Below, piece by piece: positions 32,969-45,759 of a stretch of 64,000 nt of DNA (position 1 is its first letter; every line of letters starts with the position of its first letter). The notes under the pieces were generated by a model. The model was not told the origin of the DNA. It ran no database searches and worked only from the letters and a program-made list of their open reading frames with translations. A program made the position numbers and the translations under genes. Source of the stretch: Lama glama (taxonomy: Eukaryota); the NCBI GenBank assembly GCA_028534125.1, contig CM052832.1, positions 15,130,001-15,194,000 on the forward strand. The letters run 5' to 3'.

Positions 32969-35819
32969 GCCCTGGCACCCACACAGTCCCCCTTGCCTTG
33001 GGCCTCCTTAGCTGTTGAGGGTCAGATGCCTACAGACTGAGCGCCTGATCCACAGAACCCAGGCTCTGCCAATTCAGCATTCAGCTCAGCCTGTTTGCCA
33101 AGGCTGAGGTGGGGGTCCCCGCCACCTGGTGCCGCTAAACCAAGGTGTGCTGGCCTTTCCCAGGCAGATCGCCACTCCCACCTGTGCAGGCCTCTGCGCT
33201 TGGCCTTAAAGTAATAAAAGGAGCTAATTAAACCATTGGCAACTCCTGCTTTGTTTCCTAATCACTGACTTTGTGCTGACAAAGCAGTTTCTTCCCAGAT
33301 TACTCTTAAAGGGGGCAAACCTTTTTCCTACTGAACGTTTTAAATACAATTACATGTAAGAGAGTGGTTTTCAAATACACTTTACTAAGCACTCTCCTTT
33401 TTACTTAAAAAACACTTTGATAACACTTCACAAGGACTAAGAACCACAGGCTAAGATGCGTCTCCTTTAGACCTCGCACTAACCCTATCATCACCCCCAC
33501 TTCATAGGTGAGCGGCGCCCCGGGGAAATCAGCCTGCCCACGGTGGGCAGTTGGTGGGAGACAGAGCCGGATGCAAGCCCGGGCAGCCTGTCTCCACAGC
33601 CTCGTGGTTCCCCCCTATCCCCGGTGACCTCCTTGGGAAACACCGTCCTTGGACAGCTGGCCTCAGAGTGGAGCACCTGGGGCTTCTCTTCCAGTAACCC
33701 TCTACTGGGCTTTTAGCCATAAGCTCCAGGCCCTTTGCAGGAAGAGGACTTGCCCCAGTCTGGTTCCTGGCCCACAGAACCCAGGTTGGGGAGACCCATT
33801 ACAGGCAGTTAGGCATTATGGTATTTGGCTTTGAGTAAAAAATTAGGGGACTTGGCAGGCAAATAAGGCAATCCTCTGGATTCCTGGCAGGAAGCAGCTT
33901 ATGTGGCTACCTGTTAAGTAGGGAGGGCAGGCAGGGCTGGCAGAGGGGTCCAGGGCTGCAGGTTGGGGGGACCAAAGGGAGGAAGTACTAGGGCAGCTGG
34001 CCTGATTCTCTCCCTTTGAATCTGGTCCAACATTTTCCTTCTTGCTGCTGGAGAGAGTGAAAGAGAGCGAGAGTGAGAGCGACAGAGACCAAGGATACAC
34101 TCAGGATTCAGGATGCACACCAGGTGCTAAGTAGACCCCTACCTCAGGGCCTTTGCACTTGTTGTCACTTCTGCCTGGACCACTCTTTCCCCAGATACCC
34201 ACCTGGTTCACCCTTTCACTTCCGTCTAGTCTCTGCTTAAATGTCTCAGAGAGGGGCCCTCTGACCACCCCATTTAAAATAGCAGACACTCTCCAGGCCT
34301 CTCTCCTCTGGCTTTGCTTTCTCTTCATAAGCACTTAAACCAAGAACTGTAACACATAGAGATAGGTTGGAGTGAAGCAAAGCCCATGCAGTATGGGCAC
34401 ACAGAGAAGGGGCTCCTCACCCCTGGGCGGGAGTTCAGGTAGGGCTTCCAGGAGGAGGCGGTGCCTGGGCTGAAGCCCAGAGGATGGAGCTGTGAGCCTG
34501 GTGAGGGGCAGGAAGCTGCAGGAGGAGGAGGGAAGGGAGGGAGAGGCAGAGGGAATGGGGCTTTGGAGTGGTGTTCCCCTGGCGACCTGAAGATTGAGCA
34601 AATCTTCTCTGCAAACCCGCTGGGGGAAAATCAATACCTGGTCGGGTCCCCAGGCACCGAGGCCGAGTACCATGTTCAGAAACTGCATGAACAAAGCAGG
34701 CTTTTCAGACTTCATTGGAGAGAGCTGGAGGCTGCCAAAACCCCCATGGAGGGGAGTCAAGCAACGCCTTTCAAAATTAAAAATGTCTTTCCCTCTCAGC
34801 CTCACACCCCACACCTCCCTGGAGGCCTGGGGTGGCTCTGCCCTCTTTAACCTCTGATGGGGTGGACGCCCTCCCCCTTAAACTGCCCTCCCCTACCTGC
34901 CTGAGTAAGGAGCTGTTCCTTTGTGTGGTGTCCCGGCCCCCAGGCCTCCTTCCCTCTGTGGCTTCCTGTCACTCTGCTTCTTCCTCCCCAGACTGCAGCC
35001 ACCCCAGCCACATCACTGTGTTCTGACTGAGACTGCTGCCTCCCACCTCCAGCCTTTACCTGTGCCCTGGGGGTGTGTTCCCATTCTCCGCCTGCCTGAA
35101 CCCTGTTCCCCTTTCAAGATCTCACCAAGATGCTATGTCCCTGGAGCCCAGCAGAGCCTCTTCTCTGGAATGGGTCACCAGGTGGATGTTGGAGTCATGA
35201 GAGGGCCAACTAGAAAGAGTGGCAAAGAAACCCATGGGCCAAGAGCCTAAAAGAAAGATCCAAACCAAGAGGACCAAGAGACCAAGGAGAGCGAGCCCAG
35301 GAGGATGCCCCCTGGCCCCATCTATCCTGAAATATGGGGGTGGGGAGGGTCCAGGAGTTACTGGGAAGGAATCAGCTGGATTCCGTAAGACCATGAGGTG
35401 GCAGGAAGTTTCTAAGAAGATGGTGGTAGTTAATAGATGGTGGGGGTCTGGGGAGGGAAGGAATGAGATCTGATGGGACTCACTGAGCAGGTAGGATGTG
35501 GGTCTAGGGCTGCTGGGCACTGGGAAGCTGTGAGGATGTTGAGGTGATGAGAGGTGGTCCCTAGAGGGGACCTTCTTTAATTGCCTGGGCAGCTCAGGGG
35601 GCAGTGGCTCCCGGGAGGGGGGAGTTTGATCAAGGGGTTTCTCTCAATCAAGGAGCAAAAAGCACAAGGAGCAAGCTGGCGGTGGGAGAAGACAGACTGT
35701 TGTGTATGCGGCATGTTTGTACTTGCCTAGACTGCAGTCAGTGGGATACACAGAAGCTGCTGGGAGGATCTGGGTGACGAGAGGATGGGATGGAAGCAAA
35801 GGAGACTTTTCTTTTCTTC

Positions 35820-36220
35820 CTTTCTTTGTTTTTTTTTTTTTTACAAACAATTTATTATAAAAATTTTCAAGCATACAGAAAGGTCGAAAGAGTTGGACAG
35901 AGAACACCCATCTATCCACCACCTAAATTCTGTGATTGACATCTCACTAGATTTACTTTATTTCAACTTTCTCCATTCACCCAGCCATCTTATTTTTGAT
36001 GCATTTCAAAGTAAGTTGCAGACATCAGTATATTTTACCCCATACACTTCTGCTTGCGCATCGGTAACTAGAGCTCAATATTTGTTTATAGTTCCTTTTT
36101 GTGTTTGTTAGACATATTTAGAGATAATATTTACATAAAATGAAATGCACAAATCTTAAGTAGATCATTCTCTGAGCTCTGAAAAATGTATACACCTGTG
36201 CAATCCAGCCTCTATCTACC
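35820..36220 (-). mobile_element. Two adjacent old L1 3'-end fragments
   Basis: Poly-T followed by aaaattttcaagcatacagaaag...acacccat and aatatttacataaaatgaaatgcacaaatcttaagt. Confidence 0.65.
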
Positions 36221-36279
36221 CCTCCCAGAGAATCTCCACCAGAGATTCTTCACTCTACATCTTTTGTATCACTGATGTT

Positions 36280-36715
36280 CACCAATCTCCGTTCTCCCCT
36301 TGAGCACATGGCTGCCGGGAGGAACGCTACATTTCCCAATCTTTCTTGTAGCTTGGGCTGTTTACGTGATTAAGTTCTGGTCTATGGAATGTAAATAGAA
36401 GCATCATGAGGCAGTTTCTAAAAACCTTCCTGAAAAGACAGCTGGTGTGTCTTTGGCCCCTTTATCTTCTCTGCCTCCTTCCTATTGCTTGGGACACAGT
36501 TACATGGCCACCATACTGGACCAGGGAGAAGGGGACACACCCAGGGGTGGTGGGGCAGGGATCTGGAAGCAGCCTGGGTCCCTGAACTCTGCATGGAGTA
36601 GAACCATCCTGGGTTGTTTGCTTACTCTACACTACCAGATGAGAGAGAAATAATCCTTTACCCTGTTTCAGCCAATGTCAAATGACAGTCTCTATTACAG
36701 TCAAACCTAGTCTTG
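36280..36715 (+). mobile_element. ERVL-class LTR (LTR16-like)
   Basis: cacatggctgcc...ctacatttccca...gtgattaagttctggtctatggaatgt...gagagagaaataa pattern. Confidence 0.6.
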
Positions 36716-39588
36716 ATGGCAGTTTTGTGCCTTTTAAATGTTGCACTATGTGCATTTATTACCTATTTAAAAAAGTAAATTATAATACAAGATTAAACAG
36801 AAAACAATAAAAAGAGACTCCTGCAGAGACTGCTACCTGTACCTCCCACCCCAGCAGAGGAGCAATGAAGCCGCGGCTGGTTCTGTTAGTTACTACTGAG
36901 AATTGGTGTCGTGCAGCAGAGGCCCAAATTAATAGTGGCTTAAACAAGATAGCAATGGATTTCTCTGCCTGTGAAAACCTGAGCCAGCCAACGCAAATCT
37001 GTGACACAGCTCCCATTCGCCCAACATTCTATGTCATGCAGTGGTCAGTTTCTGAACACAAAGCCTGGACTTTGCGCCTCACATCTGAGGTGGCACAGGG
37101 CACTGGCAACTTCCAGGAGATGTAGGTCCCCCTCTGGTTCACACCTCTGACACCTGCCCAGACTCTGGGCCTCTCCTGTCCAAGGCAGAACTTTCCAAAT
37201 GTGGGCGGCTCCCAGCACTGGACAACTCAGGGCTGGACCAGCATTCCATCCTGTGCTGTGGGCTGGCTCCAAGCTGCCATCTTTGTCCCTAGACAACCCT
37301 CTCAGGCCTCCAGGGCCCTCCTCCTGGGGCAATGGGGATTTGGAGGTGGGTTTTCCTTATCCAGTCCCACCGCAGGTTATCGACTGGCTTTCCTGCCTTT
37401 TGCTGACAGTTGGTGATGTTCACATGCCAGATCTTAATCCTTTTAAGCCATCCTCATTTTGCCGCTTTTGGATTCTGCGCCTGCTACCTTCTCAGTCTTA
37501 TGCTTCTGATCTCAGTTGTCAAGTTTCCACTTCCCCAACCAGGTCATAGGAGTCCAAGCCTCAGCTGTCAGAGGGGCTGCTTGGCAAAACTGTCCCTTAA
37601 AAATCACTATTGGATCTGGGACTGTCATGTACTGGCAACAATAATGATTTTAGTAATAATAATAATAATAATTACAGCTACTGGTTTCTAAATACCTGCT
37701 AGATGACAGATGCCTTTCTGGGGCAGGGATTGTTTGCTTCCACTTTACAGATGAAGAAACTGAGGCACAGAGGTGTTAACAGACACCCCCAAGGGTTGGA
37801 ATCCAGGTCCAAAGTATTCTGCAGCTCTAACAGCTGTTCCCAAAGTCAGGAAAGAAACCTGGAGTCCAGGCCAGCTCAGCCACTTGCCAGCTGTGTCACC
37901 CTGGGCAAGCCCTTCCTCGCCTTGCCAGCCTTGGTTTCCTCACCTGTCAAGAGGGAGGGAGGCAGTCTGTGCGACAGCAACATGACCGAGCCCTTCGTCT
38001 GTCATGGTGTGAGCCTCTTGTCTGTCTGCTGGCTCTTCAGGGCAGGGCCCTGTCAGGTCCTGGACCCCCAGGACCTCCATTGGTGTTACATGTTGTGGGG
38101 AGGGACCCAAGGGTGGGGAGAGGTGGGTCACAGGGGCTCCTCAGGGTTACATGGGGAGGAGGACTGGCAGGTGAGAACAAGGAGGGTAGAACGGGACAAA
38201 GAGAGGTATAGAAGCTGAGATGACAAGAAATTGGGGCAGAGAGGGGGGGAGCATTTTGGAGCAGGGCAGAGGGACCCAGAGCAGCCTTGGGAAGGTGACC
38301 CTGGGTGGCACACTGCAGAACAGGCCAAGATGCAAGGGTCCATGACATTGGGTTTGGATCCAATATGAGCCTCTTTTTAGCAGGGGGTCCCCTTGTCCTG
38401 GCTGTCCACCCACCCGCTCAGGGCAGCCCCTGCGACCGCCCAAGGCCCCCCAGCCCCTCCAGCTCTGGCAGCACATGTGGTGGAAGGAGGGGAGCAGTGG
38501 GTGACAGGGAATCCAGGTCTGTGAATTACAGATAAACTTGTCAGCTCTCGGTGCAACCTTCCGGGGTGGGGGCGGGTGGCAATTTGGAGAGCAAACTCTA
38601 GATTGTTTACCCAGTGGAGCGTCTCCGGGTGGTTGTTTACTTTTCTGTGATTCTGGGAGGGGGAGAAAATGAGCCAGGGCCTCCAGGGGCCTCAGCAAAC
38701 AGAGGAGAGGTGTCTGTGTGTTAACTGATTCTGTCAGGGGCTCGGCGCCTCCCGGAGGCGATTGGCATGCATGGCGGGTCTGGGGAGCCTCGGCGACAAC
38801 TGGGGAGCCAGAAGGAGATGCAGAGGTCAGTGAGGCTGTACCGGCACCTGCCACCCTGCTGTCTAGATGAGTAGATTGTGGTCTAGAGAGGGAAAGTCAC
38901 ATAGCCCAACATTTCCTTAGGGCCCGGGTCCTGGGATCAGGAGGGAGAGTGTGGAGTGGAGGCTTTTCTGGGTGAGGGGCTGGGGCTGCTTAGCCACTGG
39001 GCACTCAGGGCCAGGCTGGGCCCTGCTGTCTGAGCACTGGGACCACCCTCCAGCTGCCTTGCTCACTGTAGTATCCAGGGCCCTGGACAGATGTGCACTT
39101 TGGTCCTGGACAAACCCCTACCCTCTCAGTGTCTCAGTTTCTCTGACTGGTGTGTGGGGACTAGATTTGCCAGCTGTGTGGAGGGGTGCCTGGGAGGTTC
39201 ACACGTACAGATGGAGCTTTATTGAATCTGAAGAGCTGACTAGGAATGCAGAGAGCAATAATTTCCCAGCCTTGTTTCTGGAGTCAGCACGAGTCTAGTC
39301 TCTGACAGAGAGGTGGTAGAGCGAGGTCCCGCTCTGGGGCTCAGTCCCCTCACCTGTGAAATGGGTATGATAATGAAAGTACCTATCTCAAAGGCTGTTG
39401 TGAGGTAATGAATCCGTCCCTCGAAGGTTCTCAGTGAGTGCTCAGCACTGTTGACTGTTACTCTGCACCGTTGCTGTGCCGAGGACCCGGGGACAAGATG
39501 ACGATACAGCCTCTATCTTTAGGGGCTCAGTCCTCAAGCTGTGGTCCCAAGACCCTTTCAGGAGGGCTATGTGGTCAAAACTATTTTC

Positions 39589-39675
39589 TTTCTTTCTTTT
39601 CTTAATGGAGGCACTGGGGATTGAACCCAGGACCTTACACATGCTAAGCCTTCACTCTACCACTGAGCTATTTCC
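39589..39675 (-). mobile_element. Vic-1-type tRNA-derived SINE with perfect 13-bp TSD
   Basis: Reverse complement reads ggaaatagctcagtggtagagtg...ttagcatg...gtcctgggttcaatccccagtgcctccatt plus an A-rich tail. TSD caaaactattttc at 39576-39588 and 39676-39688. Confidence 0.88.
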
Positions 39676-39982
39676 CAAAACTATTTTCATAGTAATACTA
39701 AGACATGTTATTTGCCATTTTTGCTGTGTTGATTATTTGCAACTGATGGTACAAAAGCTATAGTGCTTCAGAGTATTGTTGGTGCCTTAGCACAAATCTA
39801 GCACCCGTAGGCATGTATCCGTCACCACCAAGCACTGCAGGAAAGAGAAAAGCCAGTTTCACTAAGAATGTCCTCAATAAGCCAATAAAAATCATTAACT
39901 TTATTACATCTGTATTCTCAAGTACACGTCTTTTTGCTATTCTGTGTGGCAGAATAGGAAGCGCAGATAAAGCAGAAACGTA

Positions 39983-40810
39983 CAGCCGCCCCTACTTGTC
40001 CGCGGGGGATGCGTTCCAAGACGCTCAGTTGATCCCTGAAGTCACGGATAGTACTGAACCCTATATATACTATGTTTTTTTCCCTGTACATACATACCTA
40101 TGAGAAAGTTTAATTTATAAACTGGGCACAGTAAGAGATGAACAATAACTGATCATAAAATAGAACAACTGTAGCAATATACTGTAATAAAAGTTATGTG
40201 AATGTGGTCTCTCTGTCTCTCTTAAAATATCTTATTATACAAACTTAATGCCTTTTCCGTCTTAGCCGTATGGTGGCCGAAACTTTTGCAGTTCAAGGTG
40301 CAACAGCAAAACTAGCTCGAGTTTCTTTTCCCTTCATCACAATTTCATGGATAGGAGATTCGTTCTTATGGCTTAGCAACCTCAGCATATGATTTGTTTT
40401 TTCTTTCCTTACCTAGTTGAAAACTTTCACCTTTTCAGTTAAAGGAAGCCCCTTCCAGCTTCTTTTTGGCACATCCGAATCGCCAGCATCAGTACTCTTG
40501 CGCTTTGGGGCCATTATTAAGTACAATAAGGGTTACTTGAACACAAGCATTGTGATATCACGACAGTTGATCTGATAACACGGCAGTTCCTAAATGACTA
40601 AAGACTGGGAAAGGCTGAACAAAGTGTGATTAGACCCAGCTGGAGTGGGTGGGACGGTGAGAGATTTCATCACACTACTCAAACAATGTGCAATTTAAAA
40701 CTTACAAAATTGTTTATTTCTGGAATTTTTCATTTAGTATTTTTGGACTGCAGGTGACTGTAGGTAACTGAAACCAAGTAAGGTGAAACCATGGACAAGG
40801 GGGGCTGTTG
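39983..40810. mobile_element. MER44/Tigger7-family TcMar DNA transposon, both ends present
   Basis: TA at 39981-39982 and 40811-40812. Imperfect TIRs cagccgcccctacttgtccgcgg / ccatggacaaggggggctgttg. Internal gatagtactgaaccctatatatactatg matches MER44. Confidence 0.85.
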
Positions 40811-43800
40811 TATGATAATTGTCTCAAAAAATAGTGCTTATGGAATTGAGTTGTAAGTGGAAACAGCCATTTTTTTTTTCACGGAGCACCAATTTTACTT
40901 GAAAAAAAGCCAACTGTAGACAAACTAGTTTTTCAGTCTCGGGTACTTGGCATACATGTTGTTGAAAATGAATGAAGTATGTCACTTCAAGAAAAACAAA
41001 TGACAGTACTTGTTGCCAATGATAAAGTTTGAGCTTTCAAGCAAAAATTTGGATTTGGGGCAACTTTTATGTACTACTATGAGCTTCCCAATACTTAGAG
41101 GCTGTGATCTCCTAATGACCAATGTATACTATTTAAAAAAATGATAGATAGGTAAAAGACCCATTCAAAGTGCAACACAGACCAGTGGATTTTAATGTAA
41201 GAGAATTAAGCAACAGAAAAGTTTCAGGTTCCAGAATCTATCACAAGTCAAGGTTTGGTGTAGTATTAGAGAAGAATGACCATAATGACAGGAAAGGCTA
41301 CCAGAATTCTTTTCCACTCCATATCTGGGGGAGGCCAGATTTTCTTTATCAACTTCAACCAAAACAACATATTGCAGGAGACTGAATGTAAAAGCCAATA
41401 AGAGGGTCCAGCTGTCATCTATTAAGCCAGGCATTTAAAGAGATTAGTGAAAATGTAAAACACTAATACTCTTTTTTTTTATTGTTTTATCTTTCACAAA
41501 ATATATTACTTATATTAACATGTACTGAGTTTATGGGGGAAAAAACCACCCACTGGGTTCGGTGTCAGAATTGTAATGGGGCCCAGAGTGGACAGTGAAT
41601 GGGCAACGAGCTCTGATGGGCACAGGCATCTTCTCTTGGAGAACTTGTCCTACAGGCCCCTCCATGCCAATGCCTCCTAAATTGAACCACCAGCTTCTCT
41701 CCTAATCAGTAATTCCAACTGCCTGGGTCAGTTTCACCCTAAAAGCACAGGGCCCAAACCCAACCAACTAAGACAGGTTTCTCTTCATAATTCAATAACC
41801 CTGCAGTTCTCTTGGCTATCCAAAGTGGAAATAGTGGCCCCCTTTCTTTCTGCACCCCACAGTCAATGCTGTGCTTCTGCCCTGGCCATGTCCTCCCAGG
41901 GCAGCCAGCTCTGATCCCCACTCTCTGGGCCATTTCTCTGCCTCTAGCCTCCCTCTACGCCACATAGGGCCAGATCTGTCTGGACACACATCCATCTGCT
42001 CATAGTACTTCCTGACATTCTGGATCTCCATAATTTGCCCCAGCCCACTCTTCTGGCACCTTATCCCATTCTCTGTTCTGATTCTCCACAGCTTCAAACT
42101 GCCTAGGGACATAGGTGCATATCATGAATGGATGTATACACATGCGCCCCCACATACCCTGCTCTGTTCTCACCTGGGTGGGCCACTCACCACCACCATG
42201 CCAGGAATACCTCTTACAAATTCTTTGCCTTTGTATCTTTACCCGTGTTGTGCCCCCTGCTAGAATGGCCTCCCTGCTCCAGTCCTAGCTCAGATATTTT
42301 GGTTGCAAATGTTAAAAAGAAGACAGGCCCCAAATGGAGTCACTTACGCTAGGCCCCATCAAGGTTTAATCACTAACCTGATTGAAGTTTCAAGTGGAAT
42401 TTTAAACCAATTAGTCTGGCATTTCTTGATCAACACCAGTGAGGTAATCTGTTTGATAAGACCCCCTGTCTTCCCCTAAGAGAAGATGAACTTGCCTTTG
42501 CACAGGGCGCTGGCTCCATCCCGCTGGCCCCACGCCACCCCTTCTCTCATCCTCAGTATCTGCCGCCCTGTGTGCTGAGTTTGTGAACCTTGCTGGCCCC
42601 ACCTGAGCCTTTCACAGAGGACGCTGAGGCCCAGAGACCTCAGCCAAGGTCATGCTGCTATGCCCACTGGGTCTGGGCCTGGGACCCCTGACCCCAGCGG
42701 AGCGCTGCCAGCCACCTGCTCCTTTCCCTCCCACCCCAGGGCTTGCTGGTGGCTGGGCCTCTCTGCCTCAGGAATGTGGCTCTTTTCCCCTCTTCCCAGC
42801 TGGCTCAGGACAGAATCCAGTAAATAACATGCTGCCCATCGATTGGAGGTCGCTCAGGCCAGGGCCGATCGATGGCCACAGACAGCTGGGCAGGCGGGTA
42901 ATGAAGTGCCAGCTCCTTGGCGGGGGCGCAGTTGGCCCTGGGCTTTAATCCCCTTGCCTCCTTGACAAGGCTCCAGCTCTGGTGACAGGAAGGAAGACAG
43001 ATGAGGCTCCAAGGCCAGTGGGGGAGGTGGGGCCCCGGGTTGGGGCAGGGGTGGGGTGCCTGGAGTTGGTGAAGCTCACTGGGGGCACAGGCCCTTGACA
43101 CGCCCATGGACCACCTCCCCAGGCAGGCTTCCCTTAGGGATCTCCCAGAGGAACGTCCACCCCACCCCACCCCCACTGCAAAGCTTATGCCACATCATGT
43201 TCTTGTCTCTGTGGGCATGAGGCTGTCTGCACCTCTAAAATGAGGGTGCTCTGAAGGCAGAGAAGGACACAGGGGACTCAGCATTGTTGAACTCTTAGTA
43301 CCTGCCAGCTCAGTATCATCTTATTTGGTCTTCAGGGCAGTCTGGCTTGAAAAATATTATTATGTCCATTCTACAGGTAAAGAAACCAGTTCAGAGAGGA
43401 AGAGAGGTTTAACCATTAGAACTGCTCCACCATGGACCAGACGGGACCAGGCAACCCCCTAAAGTGGTAAGTTCTCCATCACTTCGGGTATTTAAGCAGA
43501 GGCTGGAGGACTTGCTGTTGAGGGCTATGGAGGAATTCCTGCATAAAGTGGGCTTTGGACTTTACAGCCTTGGGGTCCTTCCCAACTCTGAGGTTGTATG
43601 ACTCTTTGGGAAACAAGGAATGAACTGGATTTGAGGGGCAGGACCCCTGACCCCAAGTGGAGGGATGGCTAAGTGAGACGTGGCTGCAAAGTCTGTGGCT
43701 TCCAAACTGTGTCTGCAGACCCTGGGGTACTCTGGAGGCACCGCAGAGTTTACAAATGTTTGACTCAAGTTCATTTTCAATACCAGTTTTACAATTTTAA

Positions 43801-45759
43801 CCCCCCCAGAAAGTTTGCTCTGAGTGGAGCTGGGACTAAAGATTCTCCTGCATCTGTATTTAACTGAAAAGTATTGCCAGGAGGGATAAGAAAGAAACAA
43901 AAACCTCTTTTAACTTGTAATTACTTATCTGTATGAATAAGTAATAGTGTACAACTGAAATGAAATGTGGAAAGAGGATGGAGGCTGACAGCAGAAACCG
44001 TCACTGATAATCCCTTATTTTTATTTCATATTCAACAAACAGCCTTGTTCTCATCTTATCTAATTTTATTGTAATTGTTCTCCATTCTTCCACTAAGAAT
44101 ATGGCATCCATGGGCGCGTATCAAAGGCACTTGTACTGACAAAATATGACTTTTACCTGTTTTGCACATGACGATTCTACTTAGATTCCATTTGTGAAAA
44201 GAGCTCTCTGCTTTGAAAATGCTGGGATGTCACCATAGCAAAGTGACCAGGCTGCCACCCTTTCCAAGCAAGGTGGGATTTTGGGGGTGGGATTCAGGTT
44301 TAGAGCCCCTGCCTCTCCTTACACACAGGCCACAGCCTCGATGAGCCTGGCCCTGGGCTCCTGGCGACAGCATCCATGGTGGATGCCTGACTCTGAGCCC
44401 CAAGCCTATGGCCAGCGGCCAGGGAGAAACCTGGCCTGTACACCGGGGGGCAGGGGGTAAACAGGGGGCGGCTGGTTCTTTCCTGGGAAGGAGGGCTAGG
44501 GCAGAGGCAGCGGCGGTGATGGAGGAAGACCAGTCACCCACAGAGAAGGCTGTGTGCAGGCTCCTGACGCAGGCGGCGGCGTGTAAGCAGAAAAGACACG
44601 GGAGCAGAAGCCATGGTTTAGAGAAAAGTACGTGAAGATGGTGAGGTCTGGGCATCTGGGAGGGCTTTTAAAGGACGGCGAGAGTTTTAGTTGGCCAAGG
44701 GAGTACAGCATCCTAAGTGAAGAGACTGTGTGAGCGAAGGCTGAGAAGTGGGAGGGGTCAGGGAACATTCAGGAAAGCATGTCTAGGCTGGTGTGGCTGG
44801 TTTGGAGGGGCCTGCAGGATCGGGGAGGAGGAGGAGAAGCAGAGGGACAGCAGGCCATGGGGAGCCAGCGCTCTGCCAGGTGACGGAACGTTGAGGGGGC
44901 TCAGGCCAGGGTGCCGACCCCGTGGCGCAGGAGGTGTGGGGTGCCAGGGCCCGGGGCTCTGACAGAACTTTGTGTCCTCAGCCCCCTCGCCTTGTCCAAC
45001 ACAGCCACCCTTTCATCTGGGCTCACCCTGCCCACCTCCCCACTTCTAATCTTGTTTAGCACGGCAATTACATTTTAAAGGCCCATCAGCATGTCCCGCG
45101 CATGCCAAGTTCTTCCCAGACAGAATTATTTAATAGACTGGATGGCAACTCTGTGGGCTCCGGCTGGGGCTGCAGACCCACCGAGGCAGAAAATTAATAA
45201 ACACGGCAGCCGCCCCCGCCGTCCGCTGGTGGCTGGGCCTGGTTTCCCTCTTCACTCTTTCCTGCCCACGGAGGGGCTGGCAGGGACATTTTCCCAGGGA
45301 GGGGCATCAGAGTTTGTGGGAGGATGGACAGGAAACCCCTGGGGACTTGGCAGACCACCTTGGGGTATCAGGGCTGGTCTGGAAGCCCCATTTTGCCACT
45401 TATTAGCTGAGTCACGTGGGACAGGCTACTTAACCTCTCTGGCCTCATCTGTGGAATGGGGTCATGGTGAGGGTTAAGGAGGTGATACATATAAAACTCT
45501 TGGCACGATAACCAGCCCATGGCAGGAACTCAATAGGCAAAAGTTTCTTTCCTTTCCCCCACAAATAATCACCGCTGCTGCATGGATGTCGGGCCACTTG
45601 GTTGGAGGAATAATAACACCAGGAACGAGGTGGTTCCTGACTTACAAGGCCCAAGGGTTCACAGGTCTGTGGGCTGACTGAAATTTGGGCGTGAGGCGTC
45701 AGGAAAAGAGGCATCCCCCCACATCCCATACCACGGTGGGACTCTCCTTGTGTGTTCTT

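Larger units (their letters stand above)
39528..41535. mobile_element. Charlie1-family hAT DNA transposon relic hosting two younger insertions
   Basis: Starts cagtcctcaagctgtggtcc...gaccctttcagg...gtcaaaactattttcatagtaatactaagac and resumes later with actgaatgtaaaagcc...ccagctgtcatctattaagccag...aaagagatt...aaaatgtaaaaca, as in the recalled Charlie1 consensus. Confidence 0.8.

Noticed and set aside
38147..38854. 235-aa minus-strand ORF (similarly 51337-51990 and 62316-63014)
   Set aside because: No homology recognised; Pro/Ser/Gly-biased GC-rich or L2-derived frames without exon structure.
39589..39675. tRNA gene (likewise 30589-30666)
   Set aside because: A-rich tail, TSD and broken stems indicate a tRNA-derived SINE, not a functional tRNA.
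43697..44225. AT-rich block with a 9-bp hairpin (43920-43945) as a structured RNA
   Set aside because: Ends resemble degraded hAT termini, and a 9-bp AT-rich stem is expected by chance.
26000..45000. Orthologue of MIR1275, recalled as lying downstream of human GRM4
   Set aside because: I did not find the recalled mature sequence GTGGGGGAGAGGCTGTC or a matching hairpin by eye; it needs an alignment.
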